Source: an uncultured Spirochaetaceae bacterium
GTDB lineage: Bacteria > Spirochaetota > Spirochaetia > DSM-27196 > SLST01
Assembly: GCA_964537725.1 (NCBI GenBank)
Contig: CAZICD010000010.1
Coordinates: forward strand, 497 to 64,496
Direction of reading: 5' to 3'
Length of the DNA: 64,000 bases
Every line of letters begins with the position of its first letter. Position 1 is the first letter of the stretch. This document shows positions 19,057-29,001 of this stretch, in pieces. A program made the position numbers and the translations under genes. The notes below the pieces were generated by a model. It searched no databases and was not told the DNA's origin. It saw only the letters and a program-made list of their open reading frames with translations.

Positions 19057-21837
19057 ATGCTGCAGAAAGTCATAGACGCGCTGTTCGGCTCGAAAAGCGA
19101 GGCCGATCTGAAGGCGCTCCTGCCGTTGCTTCACACCGTGAACGCGGCCGAACCGTGGGCCATGTCGCTTCAGGAGCATGAGTTCCCACAGCAGACCGAC
19201 CGTCTGAAGGAGCGACTCGCCGGCGGCGCACCCCTCGACGATCTGTTGCCCGAGGCGTTCGCGCTCGTCCGCGAGGCCGCGCGACGAACGCTCGGCGAGC
19301 GCCTCTACGACGTGCAGATCCTCGGTGGCATCGTCCTTCATCAGGGCAAAATCATGGAGATGAAGACCGGTGAGGGAAAGACGGTCTCCAGCGTCACCGC
19401 GGCGTACCTGAACGCGCTCACGGGCAAGGGCGTTCACGTCATCACCGTAAACGACTACCTCGCCGAACGCGACGCGAAGTGGATGCAGCCGGTCTACGAT
19501 TACCTCGGCATCTCCGTGGGCGCCATTCTCAGCGACATGGACAACGACGCGCGCAAGGAGGCGTATCGCAAGGACATCACGTACGGGACGAACAACGAGT
19601 TCGGTTTCGACTACCTGCGCGACAACATGCGCTTCGACTCGTCGAGGAAGGTCCAGGCGTGGCATCACTTCTGCATCATCGACGAGATCGACTCGATCCT
19701 CATCGACGAGGCACGCACGCCGCTCATCATCTCCGGTCCGGCCGAGGACGACACGCGCAAGTACACGGCGGTCGACCGCGTCGTGCCCAACCTCGTCGAG
19801 TGCGAAAAGGACCCGGAGACCGGCGACTACCCGGAGGAGCCGGTCGGCGACTACAAGCTCGAAGAGAAGTCGAAGCGCGTGTCCTTCACCGAAGAGGGGA
19901 TGTCGCACCTCGAGCAGCTTCTCCAGCGCGCGAGCGTCATCACCGGGTCGCTCTTCATGGACGACAACTTCGAGTACATCCACCTCGCCACGCAGGCGGT
20001 GCGCGCGCGCCAGCTCTTCCACCGCGACCAGCAGTACGTCGTCGCCGAAGGCAAGGTGGAGATCGTCGACGAGTTCACCGGGCGGATTCTCCACGGTCGG
20101 CGCTACTCCGATGGCCTGCACCAGGCGATCGAAGCAAAGGAAGGCATCAGGATCGCCGAACGCAACCGAACGCTCGCGACGATCACGTTCCAGAACTTCT
20201 TCCGCATGTACGAGAAGATCTCCGGCATGACCGGGACGGCCGAAACCGAGGCGAAGGAGTTCGGAAACATCTACGGCCTCGACGTCGTGGTCATTCCGAC
20301 GAACCGGCCGCTCGCGCGGCTCGACCAGGACGACGTCATCTACGTGGACGCCCGCCAGAAGTTCGACGCGATCTGCGACGAGATCGCCCGACTGCACGAG
20401 AAGGGACAACCCGTTCTCGTGGGCACCGTGTCCATCGAGCGGTCGGAGGTCCTCTCTTCCATGCTGACCAAGCGGGGCGTTCCGCACGAGGTGCTGAACG
20501 CGAAGAATCACGCCCGCGAGGCGCTGATCATCGCGGAGGCCGGTTCGAAGGGCGCGGTTACCATCGCGACCAATATGGCCGGTCGCGGAACCGATATCAA
20601 ACTCGGCGGCAACCCGGAGTTCCGCGCCCGCAGACGCGCCGGAACCGAGGCGAGTCCGGATGACTATCTCCGGGCGTACGAGCAGGAGCGCACGACCTGG
20701 CAGAGTCAGTACCGGGAGGTCCAGGAAGCCGGCGGCCTCTACGTGCTCGGCACCGAGCGTCACGAGTCGCGACGTATCGACAACCAGCTCCGCGGTCGTT
20801 CAGGACGCCAGGGAGACCCCGGTGAGAGCCGATTCTTCCTTTCGATGGACGACGACCTCATGCGCCTCTTCGGGAAGGGCGGCGCCAACCTCAAGTCGAT
20901 CATGGCGCGAGGGATGCCCGAGGGTGAGCCGCTCAACCATTCGATCATCAACCGCAGCATCGAGCGCGCTCAGAAGCGGGTCGAAGAACGCAACTTCGAC
21001 ATCCGCAAACACCTGCTCGAGTACGACGACGTGCTCAACGAACAGCGCAAGTACATCTACGAACAGCGCGACGCGATCCTCGCCGACGCGAGCATTAAGA
21101 ACCGCGTCATCGCCACCGCCCGCGATCTGATCAGCGAGTCGCTCGAGGAGGTGGGCGAGCCGGCGGACGCTACGCCCACCCGTATCTCGGAGCTCTTCGA
21201 TTTCCTGCGCGAGCGGCTCTACTACACGCCCGATCTCGCCGTAGAGGAGCTCGTGCGGAAATCGGCACGCGACATCGAAGAGGCGCTCATCGCCGAGATG
21301 CTCGCGGACATCGAGGAGAAGGAGACGATCGTCGGAGGCGAACAGCTCAACCTCGCGATCCGCTACGAGTACCTGCGCAACATCGACTCGCGCTGGCAGG
21401 ACCATCTGGAGGATCTCGAGGCGCTGCGCGAGGCGGTCTACCTGCGCGCGTACGCGCAGAAGAACCCGCTGCTCGAGTACAAGCTCCAGGGCTTCGAGAT
21501 CTTCGACGAGTTACTCTTCGATATCCGGATCGCCGTAGCCCGCAAACTCATGGCCGTCAAGGCGGAGGGCTTCCGCGCGCGCGTGCAGAGCCCCTCGCCG
21601 ATGGGCTCGGCGCAGGCGCACCATTCGCAGGTTTCGGCGTTCGGCGGCGGACCGCGTCCGGCAGCGGGCGCCTCCGCGGCCGCCGGTGCGGGAACGGCCG
21701 TCGCGCAGCGTCCACGACCGGCGGCGGGATCACAGCCGCAGCAACAGACTGTGCGTCGATCCGTGCCCAAGGTAGGACGAAACGATCCGTGTCCGTGCGG
21801 GAGCGGCAAGAAGTACAAGTACTGTCACGGTCGGTAG
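19057..21837 (+). CDS. secA: preprotein translocase ATPase SecA
   Basis: [16 protein letters not shown]-terminus. MKTGEGKT Walker A and [22 protein letters not shown]-terminal zinc motif [14 protein letters not shown]. Confidence 0.95.
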   Translation: MLQKVIDALFGSKSEADLKALLPLLHTVNAAEPWAMSLQEHEFPQQTDRLKERLAGGAPLDDLLPEAFALVREAARRTLGERLYDVQILGGIVLHQGKIMEMKTGEGKTVSSVTAAYLNALTGKGVHVITVNDYLAERDAKWMQPVYDYLGISVGAILSDMDNDARKEAYRKDITYGTNNEFGFDYLRDNMRFDSSRKVQAWHHFCIIDEIDSILIDEARTPLIISGPAEDDTRKYTAVDRVVPNLVECEKDPETGDYPEEPVGDYKLEEKSKRVSFTEEGMSHLEQLLQRASVITGSLFMDDNFEYIHLATQAVRARQLFHRDQQYVVAEGKVEIVDEFTGRILHGRRYSDGLHQAIEAKEGIRIAERNRTLATITFQNFFRMYEKISGMTGTAETEAKEFGNIYGLDVVVIPTNRPLARLDQDDVIYVDARQKFDAICDEIARLHEKGQPVLVGTVSIERSEVLSSMLTKRGVPHEVLNAKNHAREALIIAEAGSKGAVTIATNMAGRGTDIKLGGNPEFRARRRAGTEASPDDYLRAYEQERTTWQSQYREVQEAGGLYVLGTERHESRRIDNQLRGRSGRQGDPGESRFFLSMDDDLMRLFGKGGANLKSIMARGMPEGEPLNHSIINRSIERAQKRVEERNFDIRKHLLEYDDVLNEQRKYIYEQRDAILADASIKNRVIATARDLISESLEEVGEPADATPTRISELFDFLRERLYYTPDLAVEELVRKSARDIEEALIAEMLADIEEKETIVGGEQLNLAIRYEYLRNIDSRWQDHLEDLEALREAVYLRAYAQKNPLLEYKLQGFEIFDELLFDIRIAVARKLMAVKAEGFRARVQSPSPMGSAQAHHSQVSAFGGGPRPAAGASAAAGAGTAVAQRPRPAAGSQPQQQTVRRSVPKVGRNDPCPCGSGKKYKYCHGR

Positions 21838-21857
21838 GAGCGGTCGCGACGGATCGG

Positions 21858-21881
21858 GCGCGCCGGCCGGCGCCGGCGCGC
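21858..21881. terminator. GC-only hairpin between convergent secA and M23 peptidase genes
   Basis: GCGCGCCGGC-CGGC-GCCGGCGCGC gives a perfect 10-bp stem and 4-nt loop. No U-tract on either strand. Confidence 0.4.
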
Positions 21882-21886
21882 GACGA

Positions 21887-23200
21887 TCAGGGAAGGTGCT
21901 TGAGCGGGTCCTCCCAGCGACCGTTGCGGATGACCGAAAAGTGCAGATGGGGCCCCGTACTCCGGCCGGTATTGCCGATCCTGCCGATCGCCTGCCCGGT
22001 GTTGACCCACTGCCCCGAAGCAACCGTGAACGAGCTGAGGTGAGCGTAGAGCGAGCGGAAGCCGTCCCCGTGATCGATAATGACCAGGTTGCCGTAGTTT
22101 CCGGAGTTCGGCTCCACGTGGACGATCCGTCCCGACCTCGCGGCGAGAATCGGCGTGCCGGTGGCGTTCGCGAGGTCGATCCCGCTGTGCATGCGCCACT
22201 CGCCGGTAATCGGGTCGGTCCGCATCCCGTAGCCCGAGGTGAACCGGTAGCTCCGCACCGGCCACTGGAACAGCTCGCCGATCGCGAGCAGATAGTCGTC
22301 GCTGTCCATCTCGGCGCCCGGGATGAAGAGCGTATCGCCCACGTCGAGGACCTCCGTGCGGATATCGTTCGCGTCCAGAATGCCGGCCAGCGGAACCCCG
22401 TAGCTCTCTGCGATCGACCAGAGCGACTCGTTCGGCTGGACCGCGTGGAACAGACCGTCCCGGTCGGGAATCGAGAGCTTCGTACCCGGCAGGAGTCGCC
22501 GCACATCGTCGACCGGATTCATCGACAGAATCGTGCCGGGGTCGAGCCCGAATCGGTACGCGATCTCCGAGATCGTGTCGCCGGGTTGCACCGTGTACTC
22601 GATGCGGCGGATCTGCGTGAACACCGTCGCATCGATGCTCAGCGGTTCGCCACCTCCCCGGCCGCCGGTCGGCTCGGTCCTCTCGATGAGATCGCGCGCG
22701 GCGGTCGTCGGCACGGTGATGCCGGTGCGGCGGACGTAGAAGTCGAAGAGCCCGAGATACGAGAGGAGAAAACCCGCGAGGACGAAGACGACGGGAATCG
22801 CCGCAAGCAGCGGATAATGAGCCGGCTGCGGCTTCCAGCCGGTGAACAGCCGGTGGCGTCGGAAGCGGCGGCGGTCAGACCGTGCCTGCCGCAGCGTACC
22901 CGCACCGGCGATCCGGCCGGGGACGCGGGATCTGGTCGAGCGACGTCGGGATCGCTTCGACCGGGATTTCGTCCTGACCGGGACGACGTCACGGCCGCCG
23001 ACCTCGTCGGCGGCCGGCAGAGCGGCCCCGCTGCGCGTTTTCAGACGCGTTCGGGCGTGCGTACTCACGCTCGACCGCCCAAGGTCACTTCCCACCGACG
23101 GCCGTAGCCGGTCGGGCTGCCGGGCGTCTCTCTGACGAGCCGGGTGGGTCCGTCGCTCAATGCTCTGTGCCTCAATGATCCCACGCATCTCACTATGCAT
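21887..23200 (-). CDS. M23 family metallopeptidase with two LysM domains
   Basis: LysM repeats YTVQPGDTISEIAYRFG and HAVQPNESLWSIAESYG. M23 motifs HSGIDLA and GPHLHF. Arg-rich N-terminus followed by a TM helix. Confidence 0.85.
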   Translation of the reverse strand: MHSEMRGIIEAQSIERRTHPARQRDARQPDRLRPSVGSDLGRSSVSTHARTRLKTRSGAALPAADEVGGRDVVPVRTKSRSKRSRRRSTRSRVPGRIAGAGTLRQARSDRRRFRRHRLFTGWKPQPAHYPLLAAIPVVFVLAGFLLSYLGLFDFYVRRTGITVPTTAARDLIERTEPTGGRGGGEPLSIDATVFTQIRRIEYTVQPGDTISEIAYRFGLDPGTILSMNPVDDVRRLLPGTKLSIPDRDGLFHAVQPNESLWSIAESYGVPLAGILDANDIRTEVLDVGDTLFIPGAEMDSDDYLLAIGELFQWPVRSYRFTSGYGMRTDPITGEWRMHSGIDLANATGTPILAARSGRIVHVEPNSGNYGNLVIIDHGDGFRSLYAHLSSFTVASGQWVNTGQAIGRIGNTGRSTGPHLHFSVIRNGRWEDPLKHLP

Positions 23201-23201
23201 A

Positions 23202-23230
23202 TCGACATGTTCAACCGCGCTTGTTATAGT
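23202..23230 (+). promoter_or_regulatory. putative sigma-70 promoter for the PBP-Maf pair
   Basis: TCGACA (23202-23207), 17 nt, TATAGT (23225-23230). Lies 23 nt before GTG 23254. Confidence 0.35.
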
Positions 23231-23253
23231 CCGATATTGAAATAGAGCCGCTT

Positions 23254-25140
23254 GTGGCCCACGATACAGGAAATCCCGGACAAAGGCACGAGGTTCATCG
23301 CCCCCCGCGCGGCCGCTTCATTACGGTCTTCGTGGTCGTGGGCCTCGTCGTCGCGCTCATTCTCACGCGCTACGGTCAGATCATGGTCGGTGCGGACCCC
23401 GCCACGACAGACCGGGACGCCGCGTCCCCGAACCCGGTCGAGCGGGGGCCGATTCTCGACCGCAACGGGCGCATCCTCGCGATCCAGACCGAGCTGGAAA
23501 CCGTATGGGCGTGGCGGCCGGAAGTGGAGGACCCGGGACGGGTGGCGGCAGAGCTGGCCCCGCTGATCGACATGGACGAGGCGGAGGTCCGGGACAAGCT
23601 CGCCGGCCCGGTGGGGTCGGTTACGATCCGGCGGGCCATCTCACCGGCGCAGAGCGAAGCGATCCGCGCGGCGCGCGAGGACGGCATGATCGCCGGCATC
23701 CGTCTGAGGGACGACTACGGGCGCAGCTACCCGGAAGAGGAGTCGCTCGGTCCGGTCGTCGGTTTCGTGGGAGACGACGGAGACGGACTCGCCGGAATCG
23801 AGTACACGATGGAACCGTGGCTGGAACCGGGCGACGACGGGCAGCGCTTCGGGAACCAGGTGTTTCTCACGGTGGACATGAACATCCAGTACGAGGCAGA
23901 GCGTCTCGCTCGGCGCGCGCTGGAGGAGCACCGCGCCGACTCGGTGATGCTGCTCACGATGGACTCGCGCAGCGGCGACATACTCGGCTACGCCTCGCTT
24001 CCCAGCTACGACCCGAACCGGTTCTCGTCGTACCGGGAGGACGCCCGGCGAAACAGGCCCATCGCAGACGTCTACGAGCCCGGCAGCGTCTTCAAGATCT
24101 TCTCGGTGGGCAGCCTGCTCCAGCTCGGTGCGATCACGCCCGAGTCGACCTTCGCGACCACGGGCGTCTACGACGAGGTCACACCACCCATCAGGGACCT
24201 CGCGAACTACGGGACGGTCGACACCCCCGGCATCCTGCGGCTTTCGAGCAACGTCGGCGCGGCGATGGCGAGCGAGCGCGCCGATGACCGATCGTTCTAC
24301 ACGATGCTTCGGCTGTTCGGGTTCGGCGAGGAGACCGGGGTCGATCTCAACGGCGAGGAGGCCGGTATCCTCGCCCGGCCCGACAACTGGTCGGGCAGAA
24401 CGAAGCCGACGCTCGCGATCGGACAGGAGATCGCGGTGACGGCGCTCCAGCTCGTCTCCGCTGCCACGGTGTACGCCAACAGCGGTATCCTCATCAAGCC
24501 GAATATCATCGACAAGGTGGTCTCACCGAGCGGGCGCGTGCTCGTCGACTACGGGCGCACCCCGGTGCGCGAGGTGGTGAGCCCCGAGACCGCGCGCACG
24601 GTCCTCGCGGCGATGGAGCAGGCGGTGGCCGGCAACGGCACGGCGCGGCGGCTGCGCTACGACGGACTGCGGATCGGCGCGAAGACCGGCACAGCCGAAC
24701 AACTCGACCCGCGGACCGGAACCTACTCCGAGGAGGCCTTTGTGGCTTCCACGCTGGCAATCCTGCCCGTAGACGACCCGTCGCTGATCGTGTACATGGT
24801 CATCGACCATCCGCGGGCCGGGGAGTTCTACGGTGGACGCATCGTCACCCCCATCCTCCGGGAGTACCTCGACTTCCTGGTACCGTACATGGGCATTCCC
24901 GTGGAGGGTGACACGACGGTCGTCCACGCGGGACGGATCGAGGTCGCGCCCATCACCCTGCCGCGGCTCGGAGATACCGTTCCCGACTTCACCGGTCTGC
25001 CCAAGCGCACGCTCCTGCCGCTGCTCGAGCGCGACGATGTCAGCGTGCGCATCGAGGGGTACGGCTGGGTCGTCCGACAGTCCCCCGAGGCGGGGACTCC
25101 GCTCCGCGAGGGCACGACGATCACGCTGGAGCTTGAGTAG
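23254..25140 (+). CDS. class B penicillin-binding protein (transpeptidase) with C-terminal PASTA domain
   Basis: N-terminal TM helix. SxxK (GSVFK), SxN (SSN) and KTG (KTGT) motifs. C-terminal PASTA-like VPDFTGLPKR..VVRQSPEAGTPL. GTG start. Confidence 0.85.
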   Translation: MAHDTGNPGQRHEVHRPPRGRFITVFVVVGLVVALILTRYGQIMVGADPATTDRDAASPNPVERGPILDRNGRILAIQTELETVWAWRPEVEDPGRVAAELAPLIDMDEAEVRDKLAGPVGSVTIRRAISPAQSEAIRAAREDGMIAGIRLRDDYGRSYPEEESLGPVVGFVGDDGDGLAGIEYTMEPWLEPGDDGQRFGNQVFLTVDMNIQYEAERLARRALEEHRADSVMLLTMDSRSGDILGYASLPSYDPNRFSSYREDARRNRPIADVYEPGSVFKIFSVGSLLQLGAITPESTFATTGVYDEVTPPIRDLANYGTVDTPGILRLSSNVGAAMASERADDRSFYTMLRLFGFGEETGVDLNGEEAGILARPDNWSGRTKPTLAIGQEIAVTALQLVSAATVYANSGILIKPNIIDKVVSPSGRVLVDYGRTPVREVVSPETARTVLAAMEQAVAGNGTARRLRYDGLRIGAKTGTAEQLDPRTGTYSEEAFVASTLAILPVDDPSLIVYMVIDHPRAGEFYGGRIVTPILREYLDFLVPYMGIPVEGDTTVVHAGRIEVAPITLPRLGDTVPDFTGLPKRTLLPLLERDDVSVRIEGYGWVVRQSPEAGTPLREGTTITLELE

Positions 25141-26892
25141 ATGTCGGCCTCGCCCGCCTTCACGGTCGAACACGCGAAGAACGGCAGTCCGACGCTCGTC
25201 GTCGACGGCCGGTACGTCCACAGCCGGCACGATCCCGAACGCGAGGCTGCCCGGGCGATGGAGCCGGTCGTGCGGCGGGAGCCGCCTGCCGTCGTGATCC
25301 TCGGTGCCGGGCTCGGATACCAGGCGGAGTACCTCCTCGCGAATACCCGCCTGACCCGGCTGGTCGTCTTCGAGCCCGAGCCGGCTCTCGAAGAGGTCGC
25401 GGTGCGCGCGGGAAGGTTGAGGCCCGACGCTGCGGATTCCCGTGTCGTGCTCGTCCGCAGCGCGGAGCAGCTCGCCGCGACCCTGCCTCTGCACGCCGCC
25501 GAGGGGTTCGAGGTCATCGAGCTTCCCGGCAGAACAACCGGCGATCCGCGGTTCGACCGCGGCCGTGAAACGCTGCGCGCGTTCGCCGACCGGCTGGATA
25601 TCAACCGCAACACGCTCCAGAGATTCGGGAAACTATGGGTGCGGAACCTCTGCCGCAACCTGGAACACCTCGCCGCCGGCCGGGGCGTAGCCGAGCTCGC
25701 GGACGCCTTCAGGGGCGTCCCGGTGCTGCTGCTCGCCGCCGGACCGACGCTCGACCAGGTACTACCCCGTCTCCGCGACCTCGCCGATCGGACGCTCGTC
25801 ATCGCCGTCGACACGGCGGTTGCACCCGCGCTTCGCGCCGGCGTCGAACCCGACTTCGCGGTCGTGGTGGACCCGCAGTACTGGAACGCCCGACATCTCG
25901 ACCGGATCCGGGCGCCGCGAACCGTTCTGATCTCCGAAGGGTCGGCGCATCCACGCGTGTTCCGCTCGTTCGATTCGCCGTGGTACTTCTGTTCGAGCGT
26001 CTTTCCCCTCGGTCATGCGTTCGAGCGCGTCGGCGGACGATTCGGCTCGCTTGGAGCCGGTGGCTCGGTTTCCACGACCGCGTGGGACCTCGCGCGATGG
26101 CTGGGCTGCGACGCGGTGTACGCCGCGGGCCTCGACCTGGGCTTTCCCCACGCGCGAACACACTGCCGCGGGAGCTACTTCGAGGAGCTCGCGCTCCGCC
26201 TCGCCGATCGGCTTCGCCCCGCCGAGCAGGTCGTCTTCCGATACCTCGCCGGCGCGAATCCCGCGCCGGTACCGGCCAACGACGGCGGGACGGTGCTCTC
26301 CGACCGAAGGATGGCGGTCTACCGCACGTGGTTCGCCTCGCAGCTGCAGTCGCCGCAGGCCCCGCCCACCGCGGTTCTCACGCGCGGAGGCACCGAGATC
26401 CCGGGCACGCGCCTCGCAACGATCGAGGAGGTGCTCGCGCTTCCCTCGAGACGCAGGACGGTCGACGCGGGTATCGCGCGGATCCGCTCGCAGGCCTCGC
26501 CTTCGCCTGCGGCGGGACAGACAACGTCTGCACTCGCGGACGTCGCCGACGAGCTTCGCGCATCGCTACGCGATCTGTCTGCCCTCGCCGGCGAGGCGCT
26601 CGCGATCGTAGCGGGCATTCGCGCCGATCACGCGGCGGGCCGCACGCCCGACTTCTCCGGGCTCGAACCGGTCGACGCGCGTCTCGCGGGCCACGCTGCG
26701 GCGGCGATCGCCAGTTTCCTCGCGCAGGGGGCGATCAACCGCGTTCGCGCCGGCTTCGGAAGCGGCGGGATCGAGGAGCAGCTCGAGGCGTCGCAGGAGC
26801 TCTACACGGCGCTTCGCAGAGGCGCGGCGTACCATGCCGACGAGCTCGCGGCCGCTTCGTCGCGGATCCGCGCGGCGAACACGAGGAAATAA
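25141..26892 (+). CDS. DUF115 / motility-accessory-factor (Maf)-like protein
   Basis: Core segment VLLLAAGPTLDQ...IAVDTAVAPALRAGVEPDFAVVVDPQ matches the 6-hydroxymethylpterin diphosphokinase MptE-like/DUF115 pattern of Maf proteins. ATG directly follows the PBP TAG. Confidence 0.55.
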   Translation: MSASPAFTVEHAKNGSPTLVVDGRYVHSRHDPEREAARAMEPVVRREPPAVVILGAGLGYQAEYLLANTRLTRLVVFEPEPALEEVAVRAGRLRPDAADSRVVLVRSAEQLAATLPLHAAEGFEVIELPGRTTGDPRFDRGRETLRAFADRLDINRNTLQRFGKLWVRNLCRNLEHLAAGRGVAELADAFRGVPVLLLAAGPTLDQVLPRLRDLADRTLVIAVDTAVAPALRAGVEPDFAVVVDPQYWNARHLDRIRAPRTVLISEGSAHPRVFRSFDSPWYFCSSVFPLGHAFERVGGRFGSLGAGGSVSTTAWDLARWLGCDAVYAAGLDLGFPHARTHCRGSYFEELALRLADRLRPAEQVVFRYLAGANPAPVPANDGGTVLSDRRMAVYRTWFASQLQSPQAPPTAVLTRGGTEIPGTRLATIEEVLALPSRRRTVDAGIARIRSQASPSPAAGQTTSALADVADELRASLRDLSALAGEALAIVAGIRADHAAGRTPDFSGLEPVDARLAGHAAAAIASFLAQGAINRVRAGFGSGGIEEQLEASQELYTALRRGAAYHADELAAASSRIRAANTRK

Positions 26893-26978
26893 TCAAGTTT
26901 ATGGGGGACCCCACCGACACTTAGTAATGGGTGACCTCTCATCCAAACGGTATGCAGTGTGCTCCGCGAGCGATCGCG

Positions 26979-27011
26979 GGTATGCAGACGTCCAGGCATA
27001 CCGTTTTTTTT
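26979..27011 (+). terminator. Rho-independent terminator after the Maf-like gene (shared convergent region with cheA)
   Basis: GGTATGC (26979-26985), 10-nt loop, GCATACC (26996-27002), then G and T8 (27004-27011). The T-run overlaps the cheA stop codon on the other strand. Confidence 0.6.
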
Positions 27012-29001
27012 ATGCCCGAATGGCGGCGGCCGCCTCGTCGGAGGCAAGCGACGGCGGGAAAACGAAGCTCGCCTCGCGCCCGAGCAGCCGCGAGTAGACC
27101 CGACGGGTTCTCGCGTCTTCGCGAACGACGGTTTCCTCGCCGAGCACCGCGTCCACGAGGATCGCCCGCAACTCGCTTCCCGAGCGTACGATGAGCGTGA
27201 CGGCCTCGTCGGACAACTTGCCCAGCGAGGGAGTGCGCCCGCCGACCGTGGACAGCGCGAGCGTGTGACCGTCGTGGTCGTAGTAGAGCGAGCCGAAACT
27301 GTCCCGCTTCACCCGCCGTCGCTCGAGGCGCCCGTGCGAGACGATCATGGCCGAAGGAACCGCGAACGTCACCCCGGCGGACTCGACCACGTACACGTGG
27401 ACCAGACGTGTCATCCCGGATACCGCGATCACGAAGGTCATGCCCTCCCCCGGCCGGTTCACGAGCTTGATCTCGCCGCCGAGCAGGGTGCGCACGGTAT
27501 GGACCACGTTGTCGAGCCCCACGCCCCTGCCGGAGCTCCGGTCGGGCGACGATCGCATGGAGAAGCCGGGCCGAGCGAGAATCGTCAGGAGCGGGCTCTG
27601 TGCGTCGGCGGCGCGTTCGCGCACGGCCGCCTCGTCGATCCCCGTCCCGTCGTCCTGAACGACGATGCGAACCCTGCCGCCGGCTCGATCGACTCGCACC
27701 TTCACCGTCGCCGCCGGGTGTCGCCCGAGTCTCGCCCGCTCTTCGAGCGTACCGACGCCGTGGTCGATGCTGTTGCGGATCAGATGCATAACCGCTTCAA
27801 GCAGCGTATCGCCCACCGCCGGCGGTACGACCGCACCGTTGCCGCCAACGACGACTCTCACGCGCTTTCCCTGCGCCGCGGCGTATCGGACCGAGCTCGA
27901 ACGAAGCTCGCGGAACAGGTCGAGAAGCTGGACTCTCGCCGTCCAGCCGACGCGATCCCGGAGCGCACGCGCGTACCGCCGGATGGTCTCCAGCCGTTCG
28001 GCGCGGTCCTCTTCACCGCCTGACCCGCGCAGCGCTTCCTCGGCGGAACCGAGGATCTCGTCGACGTAGAGCCCGACTTCCTCCTGCGTCTCCACGGGCA
28101 CCGTCACGCGTTCGGTCTCGTCGTTCGCCGTCTGCTCGGTGCCGGAGCTCTCGACCTCGTCCTCGAGCAGCTCCGCAAAGCTGAGCTCGGTCACTTCGAG
28201 CAACTCCACCTCGTCGACGTGCACCGCCCGGTGGACCGAATCGCGGGCAACGTCCTCCTCCGAAGGCGTCGTTACGATCAGCTCGAGCCGGGCCGGATCG
28301 CCGGTACCGAGCCGGTCCAGATCGGGCTCGGTGCGCACCACCGCGCAGGAGAGCTCGAGATTATTCACGACGAGGAACCCACGCGCGTATCGGAGCTCCG
28401 GTGCGGTCGAGATACCAACCACGACGCGGTAGACGTGCTCGCCCCGGGCACGGGCCTCGCGAAGCATGCCGCGCTCGGCCCTCGCTGCCGCAGCGAGCGC
28501 GGGGCCGCCCGCGCTCGCGTCGCTGCCCGCACTCGCGGCGTCGCCCGCGCTCGCGGCGCGGCCCACGTTCGTGTCCGCGCCGGTCGAACGACGGTCGTCA
28601 CCGGGCGAGGGCCCACCGGCCGAACGCTCGTTCGCGGGCGCCTCGGTCGTCTCGTCCGGCGACGGCTCGTTCGCCCGTCCGCTGCGGTACTCGCCGAGCG
28701 CGTCGGCGAGCGTCCGGACGCCCCGCCGCAGCGAAGCCGCGGCGGCGGCGTCGACCACGCCGCCGGCCTCCCGCACGCCGCTGAGGCTGTCTTCGAGTCG
28801 GTGGGCGGCCTCCGCCACGTCACCGATCCGAAGGAAGCCGGCCTCGGACTTGATCGAATGCGCTGCACGAAACGCCCGGTCGATGTCCGGACCGGCAAGC
28901 TGGCCGGGCCCGATCGACGCGAGCATCCGCGAGAGTGCCTCGAACATGATCGCGCTGTCGGAGTCGAACATCCGCTGCAGCTTCTGGTTCCGCCCGTTCA
29001 C
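27010..29001 (-). CDS. cheA: chemotaxis histidine kinase CheA (orphan; no cheW or cheY nearby)
   Basis: P1 HPt (FRAAHSIKSEAG), P2-like alpha/beta domain and a P3-like region. Kinase boxes HLIRNSIDHG, DDGTGID and GRGVGLD. C-terminal CheW-like P5. Confidence 0.8.
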   Translation of the reverse strand: MNGRNQKLQRMFDSDSAIMFEALSRMLASIGPGQLAGPDIDRAFRAAHSIKSEAGFLRIGDVAEAAHRLEDSLSGVREAGGVVDAAAAASLRRGVRTLADALGEYRSGRANEPSPDETTEAPANERSAGGPSPGDDRRSTGADTNVGRAASAGDAASAGSDASAGGPALAAAARAERGMLREARARGEHVYRVVVGISTAPELRYARGFLVVNNLELSCAVVRTEPDLDRLGTGDPARLELIVTTPSEEDVARDSVHRAVHVDEVELLEVTELSFAELLEDEVESSGTEQTANDETERVTVPVETQEEVGLYVDEILGSAEEALRGSGGEEDRAERLETIRRYARALRDRVGWTARVQLLDLFRELRSSSVRYAAAQGKRVRVVVGGNGAVVPPAVGDTLLEAVMHLIRNSIDHGVGTLEERARLGRHPAATVKVRVDRAGGRVRIVVQDDGTGIDEAAVRERAADAQSPLLTILARPGFSMRSSPDRSSGRGVGLDNVVHTVRTLLGGEIKLVNRPGEGMTFVIAVSGMTRLVHVYVVESAGVTFAVPSAMIVSHGRLERRRVKRDSFGSLYYDHDGHTLALSTVGGRTPSLGKLSDEAVTLIVRSGSELRAILVDAVLGEETVVREDARTRRVYSRLLGREASFVFPPSLASDEAAAAIRA

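Noticed and set aside
28179-28449. CheA middle domain (EHVYRVVVGISTAPELRYARGFLVVNNLE...ELIVTTPSEEDV) initially looked like a novel insert replacing P2
   Set aside because: Its beta-alpha-beta pattern matches what I recall of Thermotoga/Bacillus-type CheA P2 domains, so the kinase has an ordinary P1-P5 layout. Only its genomic context is unusual.
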